Source of the DNA: Pseudogymnoascus verrucosus
Lineage: Eukaryota
Strand: one strand, 5' to 3'
Assembly: GCA_001662655.1 (NCBI GenBank)
Contig: KV460223.1
Length of the DNA stretch: 64,000 nt
The notes below the pieces were generated by a model. The model searched no databases, had not been told where the DNA came from, and saw nothing but the letters and a program-made list of their open reading frames with translations. Positions 48,322 through 61,173 of this stretch are shown here, piece after piece (the first letter of the stretch is position 1; each line of letters begins with the position of its first letter). A program made the translations under genes and the position numbers.

Positions 48322-49478
48322 ATGCGTCTCTTCGGCGATCTGATATTCGCCCTCCTCTTGGCGCCATGCCTCGCCGCCAAAAAGGCCGCCACGGACCGAT
48401 TCCCCGACTTCCACGCCAAGTCGCTGGCGTCGTCACCATTGAAGCTCACTGATGCGAGCTATGGCCGATTGACTAAGGCACCGCGGGATTACTCCGTCGC
48501 AGTCCTCTTGACGGCTCTGGAGCCAAGATTTGGATGCGTGATGTGCAACGAATTCCAGCCGGAATGGGAACTTCTGGGCAAGAGCTGGACCAAGGGCGAC
48601 AAGAAGGGCGAGTCTCGTCTGATATATGGCACACTGGACTTTGCCGATGGCAAAGACACTTTCCAATCTGTAAGACTATAGTGACCTGGAAATATATATG
48701 TGCTAACAAGAATAGCTTGGGCTTCAAACTGCCCCAGTATTGTTATTCTTCCGACCCACCACTGGCCCTCTTGCTGTTGCAGGCAACGCACCTATCAAAT
48801 ATGACTTCACTGGCGGGTAAGTTCCACCTACTCTTCTTACGCATATGATAATCTGCTAACATTGATAGACACCAAACCGCCGAGCAAATCCACGCCTGGG
48901 TCAGCCGACAAATACCGGATGGCCCTCACCCTGCGATAAGCCGCCCTATCAACTGGGTACGCATTATCGCAGTGTCAACGACTGTTCTCGCAACGATCAC
49001 ATTCCTGGGCGTTGCGTGGCCGTACCTGTTGCCTATCATTCAGAACCGCAACTTGTGGGCGGCTATCAGCTTGATTGCCATTCTCCTCTTCACGAGCGGA
49101 CATATGTTTAATCACATTAGAAAGGTGCCTTATGTCGTCGGTGATGGACATGGTGGCGTCAGTTATTTCGCAGGAGGCTTCTCCAACCAGTATGGTCTCG
49201 AGACTCAAATAGTTGCAGCCATGTGTAAGTTATTTGCTCTCATTGTCTCTGATGATGAATCTCCACACTATGAACCATGTCTAATGGAAACAGATGGCCT
49301 TCTATCCTTTGCTACCATCTCGCTGGCCCTCAAGGTTCCCCGCATATCGGACCCGAGGACTCAGCAAGTTGCTGTGATTGTGTGGTGCGGTATTATCTTC
49401 GTCATGTACAGCTTTTTACTGAGCGTTTTCCGCATCAAGAATGGTGGATACCCATTCTGGCTTCCACCTTTCTCATAG
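48322..49478 (+). CDS. ost3: Oligosaccharyltransferase gamma subunit Ost3/Ost6 (MagT1/TUSC3 family); exons 48322-48669, 48716-48816, 48869-49224, 49294-49478
   Basis: Signal peptide; PRDYSVAVLLTA; thioredoxin-like CVMC; LDF; TM region with FTSGHMFNHIR, QYGLETQIVA, FRIKNGGYPF. Three canonical introns. Confidence 0.92.
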
Positions 49479-49721
49479 ACGTACAATATTCTAGATACGT
49501 CGTGATGACAAGATGAGAGAAAACAATGGCTTCGTGGTGTGGGGTGGCTGAAGAAGTCGAAGACTGTGGCGTTGTAAGAATTACTGGGTTTCCAAAAAAT
49601 GAGACTTAGAATGTATAGAACGGGCAATGTATGCCTTTATGTATTTGACCAATTGCTCATCCCTGACTGCTCGCTTCAATGTGAGATTTGTATTATTATG
49701 TTTCTTCACCAACCAACTATG

Positions 49722-50969
49722 TTACAGTGCTTCCCAGAAGCTGTTATACCCCATCTCCCCCGAAAATGTCCGCATATTTGGCCGCCTCTTTTCGGCGTAA
49801 CGCCACAAAGTATGCCTCTTTCGATTCCTAATCTCATAAGCATGAAGTCCGAGTGCAATTTTGGGAGTACATACACTTCTTGAAGATTCCGGCTTCTCTC
49901 TATGAACGGCGCCAAACAGCTTCTTCAGGCGATTCTCCAACTGTTTATCTTCGGCGCCTTGGTAGAACTTGCAAACAAAATGGCCGCCAGTTTTGAGAGT
50001 GTCGTACGAGAACTCTAGCGCGGCGTTGCATAGATCCTCGGACGTGTTAGCCGGAACAGAAAATGAAATGGAATTTGGCTCATACCATGCTCCCTGTGTG
50101 GTCTCTGAACGGTATACCGCTCGTATTCATCATCCTAATATACGGATTACTTAGACTCCTCTTCCAAAAACCACTCGTTTGTTCCCAGGGTGCGGACATA
50201 TCACTTAGAACAATATCAATCGTCTTCCCCGATTCATCCTTGAGCTTCTTTCCCTTGTCCGCCGTTGGCACATCTTCTTGGGGATCGTCCACGCCGGGCT
50301 CCTGAGCTATAGGGGCGTGCATCTGCTGTTGAGGTCGACCCCTATGTGGATCATTAAGAAATTTCTTGATCTCTGCCTGCACATCTTTTGACAAGAAGTT
50401 TCCTTGAATAGTAGATACGCCCTTCGGCGGCTGGGCCGGAATGATGTCTATTCCAATAATTCGGCCATTGGGCTTGGTGCGTTCCACAGCAACCTGAATT
50501 GAGCGTCAAGCGAGTCCCCACTGGCATCTCCAAAAATGACTTACCTGTGACCAGCTTCCTGGTGCATAACCCTATACTGTCAACAATTGGAACACCACAG
50601 TAGATCAGCTGCTCCTTACCAGATCTATAACAGTCTGTCCCTTTTTGAACAGCTTATATTTCGTATCGATCTTTCAATCTATTAGTTGCAGTTACATTTA
50701 TTAAGGGGGAATCTGGATCCCACCTCTAATAACTTGAAGGCTGCCCGGCTTTGAAGACCTCGAACTTTAGCTTCCCTCGCAAATGAATCTCGGCCTTGCC
50801 TGCTCTTCCACCGAGTCGAAGAGGACGAGGAGCTTTGTCTTGTTACGGGCGGCGTATAGCTAGTTCGGAAACAGCACTGTGCAACCAACCGGCAAGGCGT
50901 CAACAAATGGTGTTGCAGCCTCCCATGGCGGATGACCCTTGCTGCCGGCAAAACAACGAAGGGTGGCAT
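49722..50969 (-). CDS. mrm2: Mitochondrial 21S rRNA 2'-O-methyltransferase Mrm2 (FtsJ/RrmJ family); exons 50969-50724, 50670-50620, 50571-50545, 50493-50086, 50036-49722
   Basis: Spliced motifs SRAAFKLLE|IDTKYKLF..VIDL|GYAPGSWSQ|VA, IGIDI, VLSDM, GHFVCKFY, EKPESSR. Mitochondrial-type presequence. Confidence 0.9.
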
Positions 50970-51927
50970 GTAGAATTAAATGGTCAATTGTCCACCTTCC
51001 ATAACCAGATGGCTATGCTTCTGGTTGGGTTTGAAGTTCAAGATCATGGGAAATTCGCGAAATTCGCGATAGGTTTCTTTCGAGCGCCGTAATTAGAGCT
51101 CGGACTTGGGGTTGTCTCACAAGCTTTTATGGGTGGATTTGTGCAGATTTGGGTGCTGACCAGGTACCACGGGTTCAATTGTGATCGTGATCTCCCAATC
51201 CCCCACAAGTTACACACTCGAGAAGGTAAATATTGTCTATGAGGTGAATAACTTCTTACCCGGAGCAAAGTAAGTAAGTAAGGCACAAGGCACAAGGCAC
51301 AAGCCATAAGACGCATGTGATTGTGATTGTCTTAATCCCGTAGCATTCCATTTATACCCCCCCCAGCGCACAACTCCCGAATAGGAAGCCACATCGGCAT
51401 GTTTAAAGTATGGGGCACACACGCAGAAAGCGGGGAAAGGGCTGATGACGATGCGCGCCACGCCAAACCAGTCACGGGAGGATGGCTGGATAATGCAAGT
51501 ACATAACACAACTTATTATATACCAGCCACTCAGGGACACAGATGACGGCGGTTGGCGCACGCGGGACCCTCTTCAGATCAGAGGGGAAGCTGAAGTGAT
51601 TCGGTTCGGGGAGCGAAGCGATGCGGGTACTGTCCTGTAGCCCTGCACGTTCGTCTCGCCTCGCTACGGTGCCTGGTTGGTGAGAGGAGAGAATAGGGTG
51701 CTGCATCGCCGGTGCTTGGACACTTTGGGGAGGGATCAGACGGTGGCTGCCAAACTAAAGTACGAAGTATAACAGGGATATACTGAAGATATACGATGGA
51801 TGCAAAGCTTGATGGCATGCTGCCGAGGTGGGGTAGCCGAAGGCAGGGCTGGGTGGGTATTAAAGATGAGCAGGCGCCACTGTGGTGGGTGCAGACACGA
51901 GAGCTTGTTGTGAAAGAGCTATTCGCT

Positions 51928-54312
51928 ATGGATGAGCACGAGAAGTATAATCTGCTTGATGACGCTGGCCGCGAGGGCGAGCCAGCGAAAGAGCGCACGC
52001 GAAGGGGGAGACTGGCGGCATGGGTCGCGCTGCCGTTAGTGATAATCGCTGTGATATATGCGGCCTGGGCGCTGTCGGTTGGTATTCAAGACGAATCCGG
52101 CAGTAGCTGGGCGCAGAGGTTTGGAGGAAATGGCCACAAGGAGATTCGAGAGGTGGGCAAGCAGGAGTACCTAATCGGTGTTGGCAAAGGTGATATCACT
52201 GGGTATGTAAAACCATCCTTCAAACCTCGCTCAACGTGCAAGACCTAAATACTAACAGCTTCTAGTCCAGTCGTAGAGCTCAACTTTATGGGCTATGCCA
52301 ACACGGCGCAGATTGGCACGGGCTTGCGCCAGCGCCTGTACTGCCGCGCCTTCATCGTCGGTGATGTCAATAAGCCAGCAGATAGGTTCGTCTACCTCAT
52401 CACCGACATTGCGATGGGTGACACTGCGATTCGATACGGAATTCTCCAAGGCCTTGCCGCGTTGGGACCCGAGTATGCCGTGTACTCGCAGCAGAACGTT
52501 GCTGTCACGGGGACGCATTCTCACTCTGGCCCGGGCGCTTGGCTCAACTACCTCCTACCGCAGATCACGAGCAAGGGATTCGACCATCAGAGCTACCAAG
52601 CCATTGTCGACGGTGGGGTTCTCGCCGTCAAGAGGGCCCATGAGAGTCTTGGCCCTGGATACCTGCGCACCGGTCAGACAAAGGTATTTGGTGCCAACAT
52701 CAACCGCAGTCTGTTCGCCTACTTGGCAAACCCGGCTGAGGAGCGAGCAAGGTATAATGCCAGCTCAGAGGATGATGGATCGGTCGAAAAGGACCTGACA
52801 ATGTTGGCTTTCCAGAGCACCGCAGGCAAGGACCTTGGCGTTCTTACCTGGTTCCCCGTCCACGGAACGAGTATGTTGGGAAACAATACTCTGGTAACAG
52901 GTGACAACAAGGGTGTCGCCGCATACCTCCTCGAGAAGTCTATCGGCGGAGACTTTGTAGCAGGATTCTCACAATCGAACGTTGGTGACACAAGCCCAAA
53001 CGTCCTTGGAGCCTGGTGTGAAGACGGGTCAGGCCAACAATGTTCCTTCGAGAAGAGCGTCTGCAGCGACGGGAAGAGCGAACAGTGCCATGGGCGTGGA
53101 CCATTCTTCCGCGAAAAGGATAACGGCGCAAAGTCGTGCTACGAAATTGGCCGGCTGCAGTACCAAGCTGCCGCGGACCTCTATTCCAAAATCAAGAATG
53201 GGAACTCTTACATTGTCGGCAGCTCGGTGAAGTCGTATCACACCTTCAACGACATGTCGCACTTCAAGTTCCCTCTCGCCAACGGCACGGTCGTAGAGAC
53301 TTGTCCTGCGGCTCTGGGATACAGTTTCGCGGCCGGAACAACGGACTGGCCAGGCCTGTTCGACTTCACGCAGAACGACCCTGGAGAGCCCGACGCGAAC
53401 CCGGTCTGGAAGCTTGTTTCCGGACTCCTCAAGGCGCCCAGCGCAGCGCAGAAGGCGTGCCAGTACCCAAAGCCGATACTACTGGATGTGGGTGAAATCA
53501 CCGTTCCATATCTCTGGACACCGAATGTAGTCGACGTGCAGTCCTTCCGCGCGGGCAATTTCTTCATCATCGTTAGCCCCGGAGAAGCAACCACCATGGC
53601 TGGCCGCCGCTGGAAGTCTGCCGTCCACGATGCTGCCATTTCCATGTCGCTCACCGGATCCGCCTCCTCCGTTGAACCCATCGTCGTCATCGGTGGCCCC
53701 GCAAACACCTACAGCCACTACATCGCTACGATCGAGGAGTACGGCATCCAGCGCTACGAAGGTGCAAGCACGCTCTACGGTCAACATACACTGAACGCGT
53801 ATATCAACCTGACACTGACCAACTTGCCGTACCTCGCCCCCGGCGCCACCGACCACCCCGCCCCTGGCCCGCTCCCACCCAACCACGTCAACAGCAGCGT
53901 CAGCTTCATCACGGGCGTCGTGTACGACAACCCGCCAATCGGCAAGAAATACGGTGCCGTTAAGGCCGATGTTTCTACGACGTATACCCGTGGCCAAACC
54001 GTCTCCGTGACCTTCATCGGCGCGAACCCGCGTAACAACCTTAGACTTGAGGGCACGTACGCAGCTGTGCAGAAGCGCGACGCAGCAGGTGCATGGGCTA
54101 CGGTGCGTGACGACCGCGACTGGAGCTTGATGTATAACTGGAAGCGACTGGATGGACTGCTGGGGACCAGCGATGTGACGATTGTATGGGAGAGTGAGGC
54201 GAATAGCGAGGCGGGGACGTATCGGATTAAGTATTTCGGGGATGCAAAGGCGCCAATTGGGGGGAAGATTTCGGCGATTGAGGGCACGAGTGGGGTGTTT
54301 ACTCTTGCTTGA
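51928..54312 (+). CDS. Neutral/alkaline non-lysosomal ceramidase, type II membrane anchor; exons 51928-52202, 52266-54312 (alternative upstream ATG at 51796)
   Basis: YLIGVGKGDITG|PVVELNFMGYA, GLRQRLYCRAF, GTHSHSGPG, VHGTS, GDNKG, GDTSPN, PGEATTMAGRR, QRYEGASTLYG, GANPRNN. Single TM segment near the N-terminus. Confidence 0.93.
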
Positions 54313-54504
54313 GTGAGAAGAGATGAATAATACGCGTTTGCTATATTGCTAATTGCATTTGCTTTGAAGGTAGCTTTACTTTAAACTCGCAAACAGGGAC
54401 TCTACATCCAATTGCAATAAATAAAATAACTCTTTATGATATATGGTATCCGGGTGAAACTAAATACAGCTAAACTTCACTATATAACTTCGAACAGTCC
54501 TCCA

Positions 54505-56120
54505 TTAAAATCCAAGCGCCTTGTTTCCCTCCTCCAAAGCCTTCCTTACGCCCTCACTTCCCTCAACATTCCACTTCTCAACTCCGACGGACCTCCTCGC
54601 CTCCTTACTCTCCTTTGCTAGATCGGCCTCAGATCCACGTCCGACATGGTGTTGCTCTCCCACCCCGCCTGGGAAATCTGGCGGCGGGATGCCTTTGAGG
54701 AAGTTGGCACGCTGGCGCGCGAGGTAGGCAGCGTTGGCGGGGGTGAGAGGCGTGGCGGGAATGTAGAGGACGCTGGAGTCGGTGGTTCCGGTGTGAGAAG
54801 TATCGACAGAGTGGATTACTATAATATGTTAGCTAACTGTTGGTAGAAAGGGTGAATCTGGGGGGGACTTACTGTCGCAGTGCCATGCAACATAGTCGCC
54901 AGGACGAACGGCGGGGATGTTAATCATCGACTTCTCCAGCTCAAGATGAGGATGCAGGGTATCATTCAACTCAAGACACAGACTCGGATACGCGCCCTCC
55001 AGCGTCGAGTCCTGCTCTCTCTTCAACCTCCAGTTATTCACCGCCAGGAAGTCATCCCTTGCCATACCCTCCGGGCCCCTTACTGCCTCAAAAAACGGCC
55101 GAAGCAGGTAATACGCCGTCGCCCTATCAAACAACGGATTAACCCTCAACGTCCCCTCCCCCGGCGCCGTAGTCGACATGCTCATCCACCCCTGAAACAT
55201 GCGGAACATACTGCACGCCCCCGAGCCACCATAATTATCGCTTACAGCCTCCAACCGACTAGACGACTCCCACGGATCGAAGGCCGCAAGATCGCCGCGG
55301 AAGACAGCGTCATAGACACCTCCCAGCCCGTATCCGTGGTCCTCCCATCGCTCGACGCTGCCGCCGTCGCAGTGTGGACCGAGCGCGAACCGGTTGTCTC
55401 CTGGGTTGCGGATGCGGAGGCGGTCGGCGTAGGAGACGGGGTGGGTGGGGGAGAGGGGAGCGGTGGGGGAGGAGGACCGCCAGTGGCTCATTAGGAAGGA
55501 TTGTGTGGCGAGGAGGTTGGGGTGGGCGCGCGCGCGGAGCTGGGGGCGAGACCAGTAGAGTTCGAAGACTTGGGGATCGTCGGGGGGGAAGGCTGGGAAG
55601 AGGGGGTTAGCTTGGTCTGTGGATGGGAGTAAGAGGGGAGTGGGGAAGTACCTTTGGTTTGGGGGTTTTGTTTGATGTATTCTCTGATCTCGGCCTTCCA
55701 GCCTAGTGCTTCCTCTTGGCTTACAACATCTCTGATGACGGCAACACCTGTCTTCTTCAGGCGTTTAGCAAAGTCTTGCTGGGTATTTGGGTGGTTGATG
55801 TCTTTGAAGTCCAGCTCTGGGACAATGGCCGGGCCTGTACTCTTAATCTCCTCAATCTCTCGACGAAGTTGGGGGAGGAGAGTGTTCCATGCATGCCTCA
55901 CTGCATCTTCATTGCCGTTAATCAAGCGCTGTTTCTGCTCTGCAAAACGCTGAGGAAGCGGCTTTTGGACTTCACCGCTGAGTGAAGAGAAGACAGATGA
56001 GATATCACCTTCCTTCCTAGATTCTGTAGATGCAGACTGCATGCCACGCCTTCCAGCCCGGGTAATATGAGAACGCAGGGGCTGAGAGAGCCTATTTGGG
56101 GATCTGAGAGTCGAATGCAT
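54505..56120 (-). CDS. DUF1479 / Gig2-like putative 2OG-Fe(II) oxygenase, probable mitochondrial presequence; exons 56120-55652, 55592-54873, 54818-54505
   Basis: KEGDISSVFSSL, ELYWS, YADRLRIR, LGPHCDGGSVERWE, SMFRMFQGW, PGDYVAWHCD|IIHSVD, DSSVLYIP, PPDFPGG. Confidence 0.88.
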
Positions 56121-57052
56121 AGCTGCGGTTTGGAATGAAGTTAGAATCTATTATCAAGGGGAAATCACAGAGCCAGGACATATTTATAATTTATTAAATG
56201 CTATAGAAAATGTTCTCATAATTCCTACAGTTCCCCATGGACTGCAGTGGTCCGGTACGTCACTGTGAGAAGTCTTAGTAGAGCCAGCCGGGTGTGGCGG
56301 TGGCTGGGTGGGGCGGACTGTTGTACAGCGGGGGGTTTAGCGCGGGGTAAGTCTTTCATCACCTCTACGGCCCGACTAAAAACTCCGGGTATGCTCGAGT
56401 GCCAGGCCGTTTTGGAGATCCGACTTTCTTAATAACCTCGTCTTCGTCATTTGTTTATTTATTATTTGTTTGGTTTATTAAGAGTGCATTTTATATCTCT
56501 TATATGTCATATGTCGCGTGGTATTGCATTGAGGCGTGAGGACCACTCTTTTTAGTCTTATGTTCTGTCTTATCTTGTATTATATCATAAGCCAAACAGC
56601 TGAAGCTTATATGAAAATTGGCCCGTACCATCCGCGTCAGTACTAGATATTTGTTAAATTATTAACGCTTGTGCTATCTCTCTCTAGAAGTTCTACATAA
56701 CTCTGCCTATCCTAACTTGTTACGCTTATGTCTCAGATTGTTGGGCTGGTTGTTTGCCAAGCTTCCAAATATTCGCTGTTCCTACACTCTATGACGTCAT
56801 CGGTCGGGGACCATCCTTGCGAGAAATGTTCGTGTGTACCTGGAAATCCACGACCATAGAGCGACCACAAATGCTTCAACCACAAGCCAAATCTAATTGT
56901 TTCTGCAATACATAGAATCTCCGATGCGGAATTATACCACTACCTAAATAATCGTTTTATCAACTTCCTGGACCAGTAGCTCTACATCTATCAAGACAAG
57001 TCGACGAGGAAGTCCAGCCTTGACGCGCGACGAGGAGCTCGTCCCGTGGCAA

Positions 57053-60000
57053 ATGTCGAACCTTCCACCGAACTACGAGCTAGCAGATGAACTGCCAGCA
57101 GTATTTATCGGACCAGATGGTACAATCGAATACCCCTCCCTTATCCCGCCTCATGTCGAATTCCCCCGCACCACACCACGGGGCACACACATACAGCGGC
57201 CGGCCAAGGGAAAGGCGCCCGCTGGAGAGGGACGTGGGGTGAACGAGCCTTTTCCGGATCAACGGCTCTGTGATGCCTCGGCGCACGACACATCATTACC
57301 ACATAGACCGTTGAACCAGGAGGCGGGCGGGGTTGGCGAAACTGGCTCTGAAGCCCTAGGGAATGCACCGGGGGCTGTACCGCCACCTTCGACTTATCTA
57401 AATCACCGCCCTTCCCCGGTGACAGGATGGCGGACAGAGCAACCGGAACCGCCGAGGACATATAGGGCGTCGCATGGCCGTCGGGCAACCGAGGGTTCTG
57501 GGCCCACTGGCCTGGTTTTGACGCCTGCAGCTAATGGGGTTAACGCGGCTGATTCAGCTGATACGAGTGATACATCGAGCTCACCATCATCATCCGAAGA
57601 ATCCTCGTCAGAAGACGAAGAACCTCAGGGAGTGCTTATGAAAGCGCAGAGTTGGGTTGGGCGAGGACGCAATGAAGCAGATAGCGATCCCAAGTCGCCA
57701 AGGAGGTCATCTACAAGCGCTAAAGCTCGAAGCCGCTACAGGAAATTCAACCTTGGGAACGATAAATACAAATCGTCAGGAAAGGTATCGAAAAATGACG
57801 GGCGACTGAAAATTAGTGTGAGCGACACTAGCAATACAGGGTATCTGGCGAAGGCACTGGGGGCAACGTTTCGAAGACGCGTAGGACTTGAACCTGAGCC
57901 AGGCCGGCCCAGCTCCAGTGGTACGGAATTAAGTTCAAGACACAAACCATTAGCGACATGTTCGGATTGGAGCTATCTTAAGCAGCAGAAGAAGCTCTCA
58001 CTGAATGTTGTGATTATGGTGATTGGTAGCAGGGGAGACATCCAGCCGTTCCTCAAGCTCGGAAAGGTGCTCAAAGAGAATCACGGACATCGCGTCCGAA
58101 TCGCAACACATCCAGCATTCCGAGATTTCGTGGAGCAAGACACCGACCTGGAGTTTTTCTCAGTCGGCGGCGACCCAGCAGAGCTTATGGCCTTCATGGT
58201 CAAAAATCCTGGCATGATCCCCACTATGGACACTCTCAAGAAGGGAGAGGTGGGAAGAAGACGAAGTGCAATGGCAGAGATGTTCGAAGGTTTCTGGCGC
58301 GCTTGTATCAATGCTACCGACGACGAGCATGATGTTCGCAACCTGAAAATGATGGGCACAAAAGGGCCATTTATTGCCGATGCCATCATTGCAAACCCCC
58401 CATCATTTGCGCATATTCATTGTGCAGAGCGTCTTGGTATCCCTCTACATCTCATGTTTACCTTCCCATATACGCCAACCCTTGATTTTCCTCATCCGCT
58501 TGCGAATATCAAGAAAACAAACGTTGACCCAGGGTATACAAACTTTATGAGTTATCCACTGGTGGAGATGATGACTTGGCAAGGTCTGGGTGACTTAGTG
58601 AATGACTTTAGGGTTAAGACTCTTGGCCTCGAGCCTGTTTCAACACTTTGGGCACCAGGCCAGCTCTATCGACTAAGGGTTCCATACACCTACCTGTGGT
58701 CGCCAAGCCTGGTCCCCAAGCCAAAAGATTGGGGCCCGGAAATTGATATTGCTGGTTTCGTATTTCTCGATCTCGCGTCCTCCTTCGAACCGCCAGAAGA
58801 GCTAACGAAATTCTTGGACGATGGGGAACCACCAATATATATCGGCTTCGGTTCAATCGTGGTGGATGACCCCAACAGGTTTACCCAAATGATCTACGAA
58901 GCGGTAGAAATTGCTGGTGTTCGAGCTTTGGTATCCAAAGGATGGGGCGGATTCGGTGGCGACGATTCCCCAGAGAATGTCTTCTTGCTGGATAACACGC
59001 CTCACGACTGGTTATTTCCTAAGCTTAAAGCGATTGTTCATCACGGCGGAGCTGGAACGACAGCCATAGGCCTTAAATGCGGTAAACCGACCCTCGTTGT
59101 CCCTTTCTTTGGCGACCAGTTTTTCTGGGGGAACATGATTGGGAAGGCAGGCGCAGGAGCCGAGCCGATTCCATACAAGGAACTCACAGCTGAGAAACTA
59201 GCTGAAGGGATCAAAACACTACTGGAGGGCAAGACACAGGAGAAAGCCGAAGAAATCGCTAAGAGTATCGAAAATGAAGGTGATGGCGCCGAAAACGCGA
59301 TCAAGACGTTCCAGCGTGGGCTGGCTATTCGGAACGAGCAGTCCATGCGATGCTCCATCCTCGACGAGCGATTAGCTGTTTGGACGCTCAAAAAGACGAA
59401 CCTTAGATTGAGTGCTTTGGCAGCAGACTTTCTTGTGGCTTCGAAAAAAATCAAGTGGAAGCAACTCAGACTTTTGAGGCATGTCGAATGGAACGATTTT
59501 GAAGGGCCTGGGGAGCCTGTAACGGGAATCGCCTCTACTATTGCTAAGAATTTTACTTCTGCCGCTACAGGAGTAGCATCTATCCCATTTAAACTTGCTC
59601 AAAGCGCAAATAAACGCAAGCACCATGAGGAGAAGCGCGAAAGAAAAGAGCGTAGGGCTATAGCTAAGGAAAAGCGAAGGCAAATGCGTAGTGCGTCTGT
59701 TCAGACTGACTCAGCTTTTGCTCCTGGACATTTAAACAATAGAGCTGGGCAGCCACAAAGTCAACAAGGCGAACCCCTTGAAGCTGCTGTTGCAAGGCGA
59801 GATCTCCTTCCTTTTAACCAGGTCCCGAATGTGGTAGCATCCACCCAGAGTGACAGGGCAGCAGAGCAGATTCAAGGAGGACGCCCTGAGGGGTCTCAGG
59901 CTGGAAGAGATCAATCTGTCACAGACAATGACTCTGTCCTAACTGCAGAAAACCCTCATGGATGTGCTGATGAGATTGCTGGGGATATTACGGGCGGATT

Positions 60001-60971
60001 GAGAAAGAGTGGCAGGGCAATAATAAAGAGTGAGTTCCCCAAACGCTCTATATGAAATCAGCTCTAACTATAAATTTTCAGCACCCATCGATCTATCGAC
60101 GGCGGTAGCCCAGGGGTTCCACAACGCCCCCCGCCTTTATGGTGATGAGACTGTTCGCCGCCCTACGCGAATCACAGGCATACAGTCTGGTCTCAAAGCC
60201 GGAGGCAAGGAATTCATCTTCGGCATCTATGACGGCTGGACCGGCCTGGTACTCCAACCGTACGACGGAGCCGTCCGCGATGGGCCCGTGGGCTTCATAA
60301 AAGGCACCGGGATGGGCCTCATGGGCTTCGTCCTCAAGACCCTCTCAGCGGTCATTGGGCCATTCGCGTACACGGCCAAGGGTGCGCAGAAGGAACTCCA
60401 CAAAGGCCAGCAGCCAACGCAGTTTCTCCGCCGCGCGAGGATCATCCAGGGGCAGCGAGATCTCGTTGCATTGAGCGACGAGAAGCGGGCTGTGGAATCG
60501 AAGAGGGTGGCGCACGGGTGGGCGGTGATGGAGGAGCTGTGGCACGAGATGGCGGAGGAACGGCGGGGCGGGTTGTTTGGCCATATCAAGGCAGTGCGGG
60601 AGCGCAAGACGTGGCGCATGGAGGTGCGGTTTGACAACATATTTATGGCGGAGAAGGCACTCGAGGCGCTGCACCGCGGAGATGGAGAGTGTCTGGAGAC
60701 GATTTTCGAGCAGCAGAGGAGGCAAATGGAGGAGGAGCGCATGTTTACGAGGACGGCGGCGAGAAGAGATAGGGATGTCAGGCGTGACAGAGCAACGAGA
60801 GCAAGGAGGGTGACTGAGTTCTTGGCGAGGGAGGAGGAGCAGCGTAAAGCGGAAGGGTTGGGCGGCGTGGGCCCGGTTATTGAGCGGCCAAGGGGGCATA
60901 GTGATGGTGATGCGGAAACTTCACAGAACCTGAGGGGTACGGTGGAGAGAGTGAATATCGGAGAAGTTTAG
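57053..60971 (+). CDS. Sterol 3-beta-glucosyltransferase-like GT1 glycosyltransferase (Glyco_transf_28 + UDPGT; UGT80-type, no PH/GRAM domain seen); exons 57053-60029, 60082-60971
   Basis: IGSRGDIQPF, HRVRIATH, IIANPPSFAHIHCAE, PPIYIGFGSIV, PHDWLF, HHGGAGTTA, PFFGDQFFWG. After intron 60030-60081: AQGFHNAPRLYGD...GFIKG (ATG_C-like). Confidence 0.88.
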
Positions 60972-61173
60972 TGCTATGGAGGGATGGGTTTGTACTTTGG
61001 CGAAGGTCTTGAGAATGGCTGGTTGACCCGGGCATACAGGCGGGCTGAACATATACCCCCTTTATTTATAGACATCTATAGCACATACAGTATATATAAT
61101 ATGTATAATGGAGATAACAGTAATCAACTGTGAAAGCAAAATCTGATATATTATCTATTTATTAGGTTACCTC

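Noticed and set aside
51796..60971. Lipid-metabolism gene cluster (ceramidase, DUF1479, sterol glucosyltransferase)
   Set aside because: No backbone enzyme, transporter, regulator or shared motif is visible; adjacency alone is insufficient.
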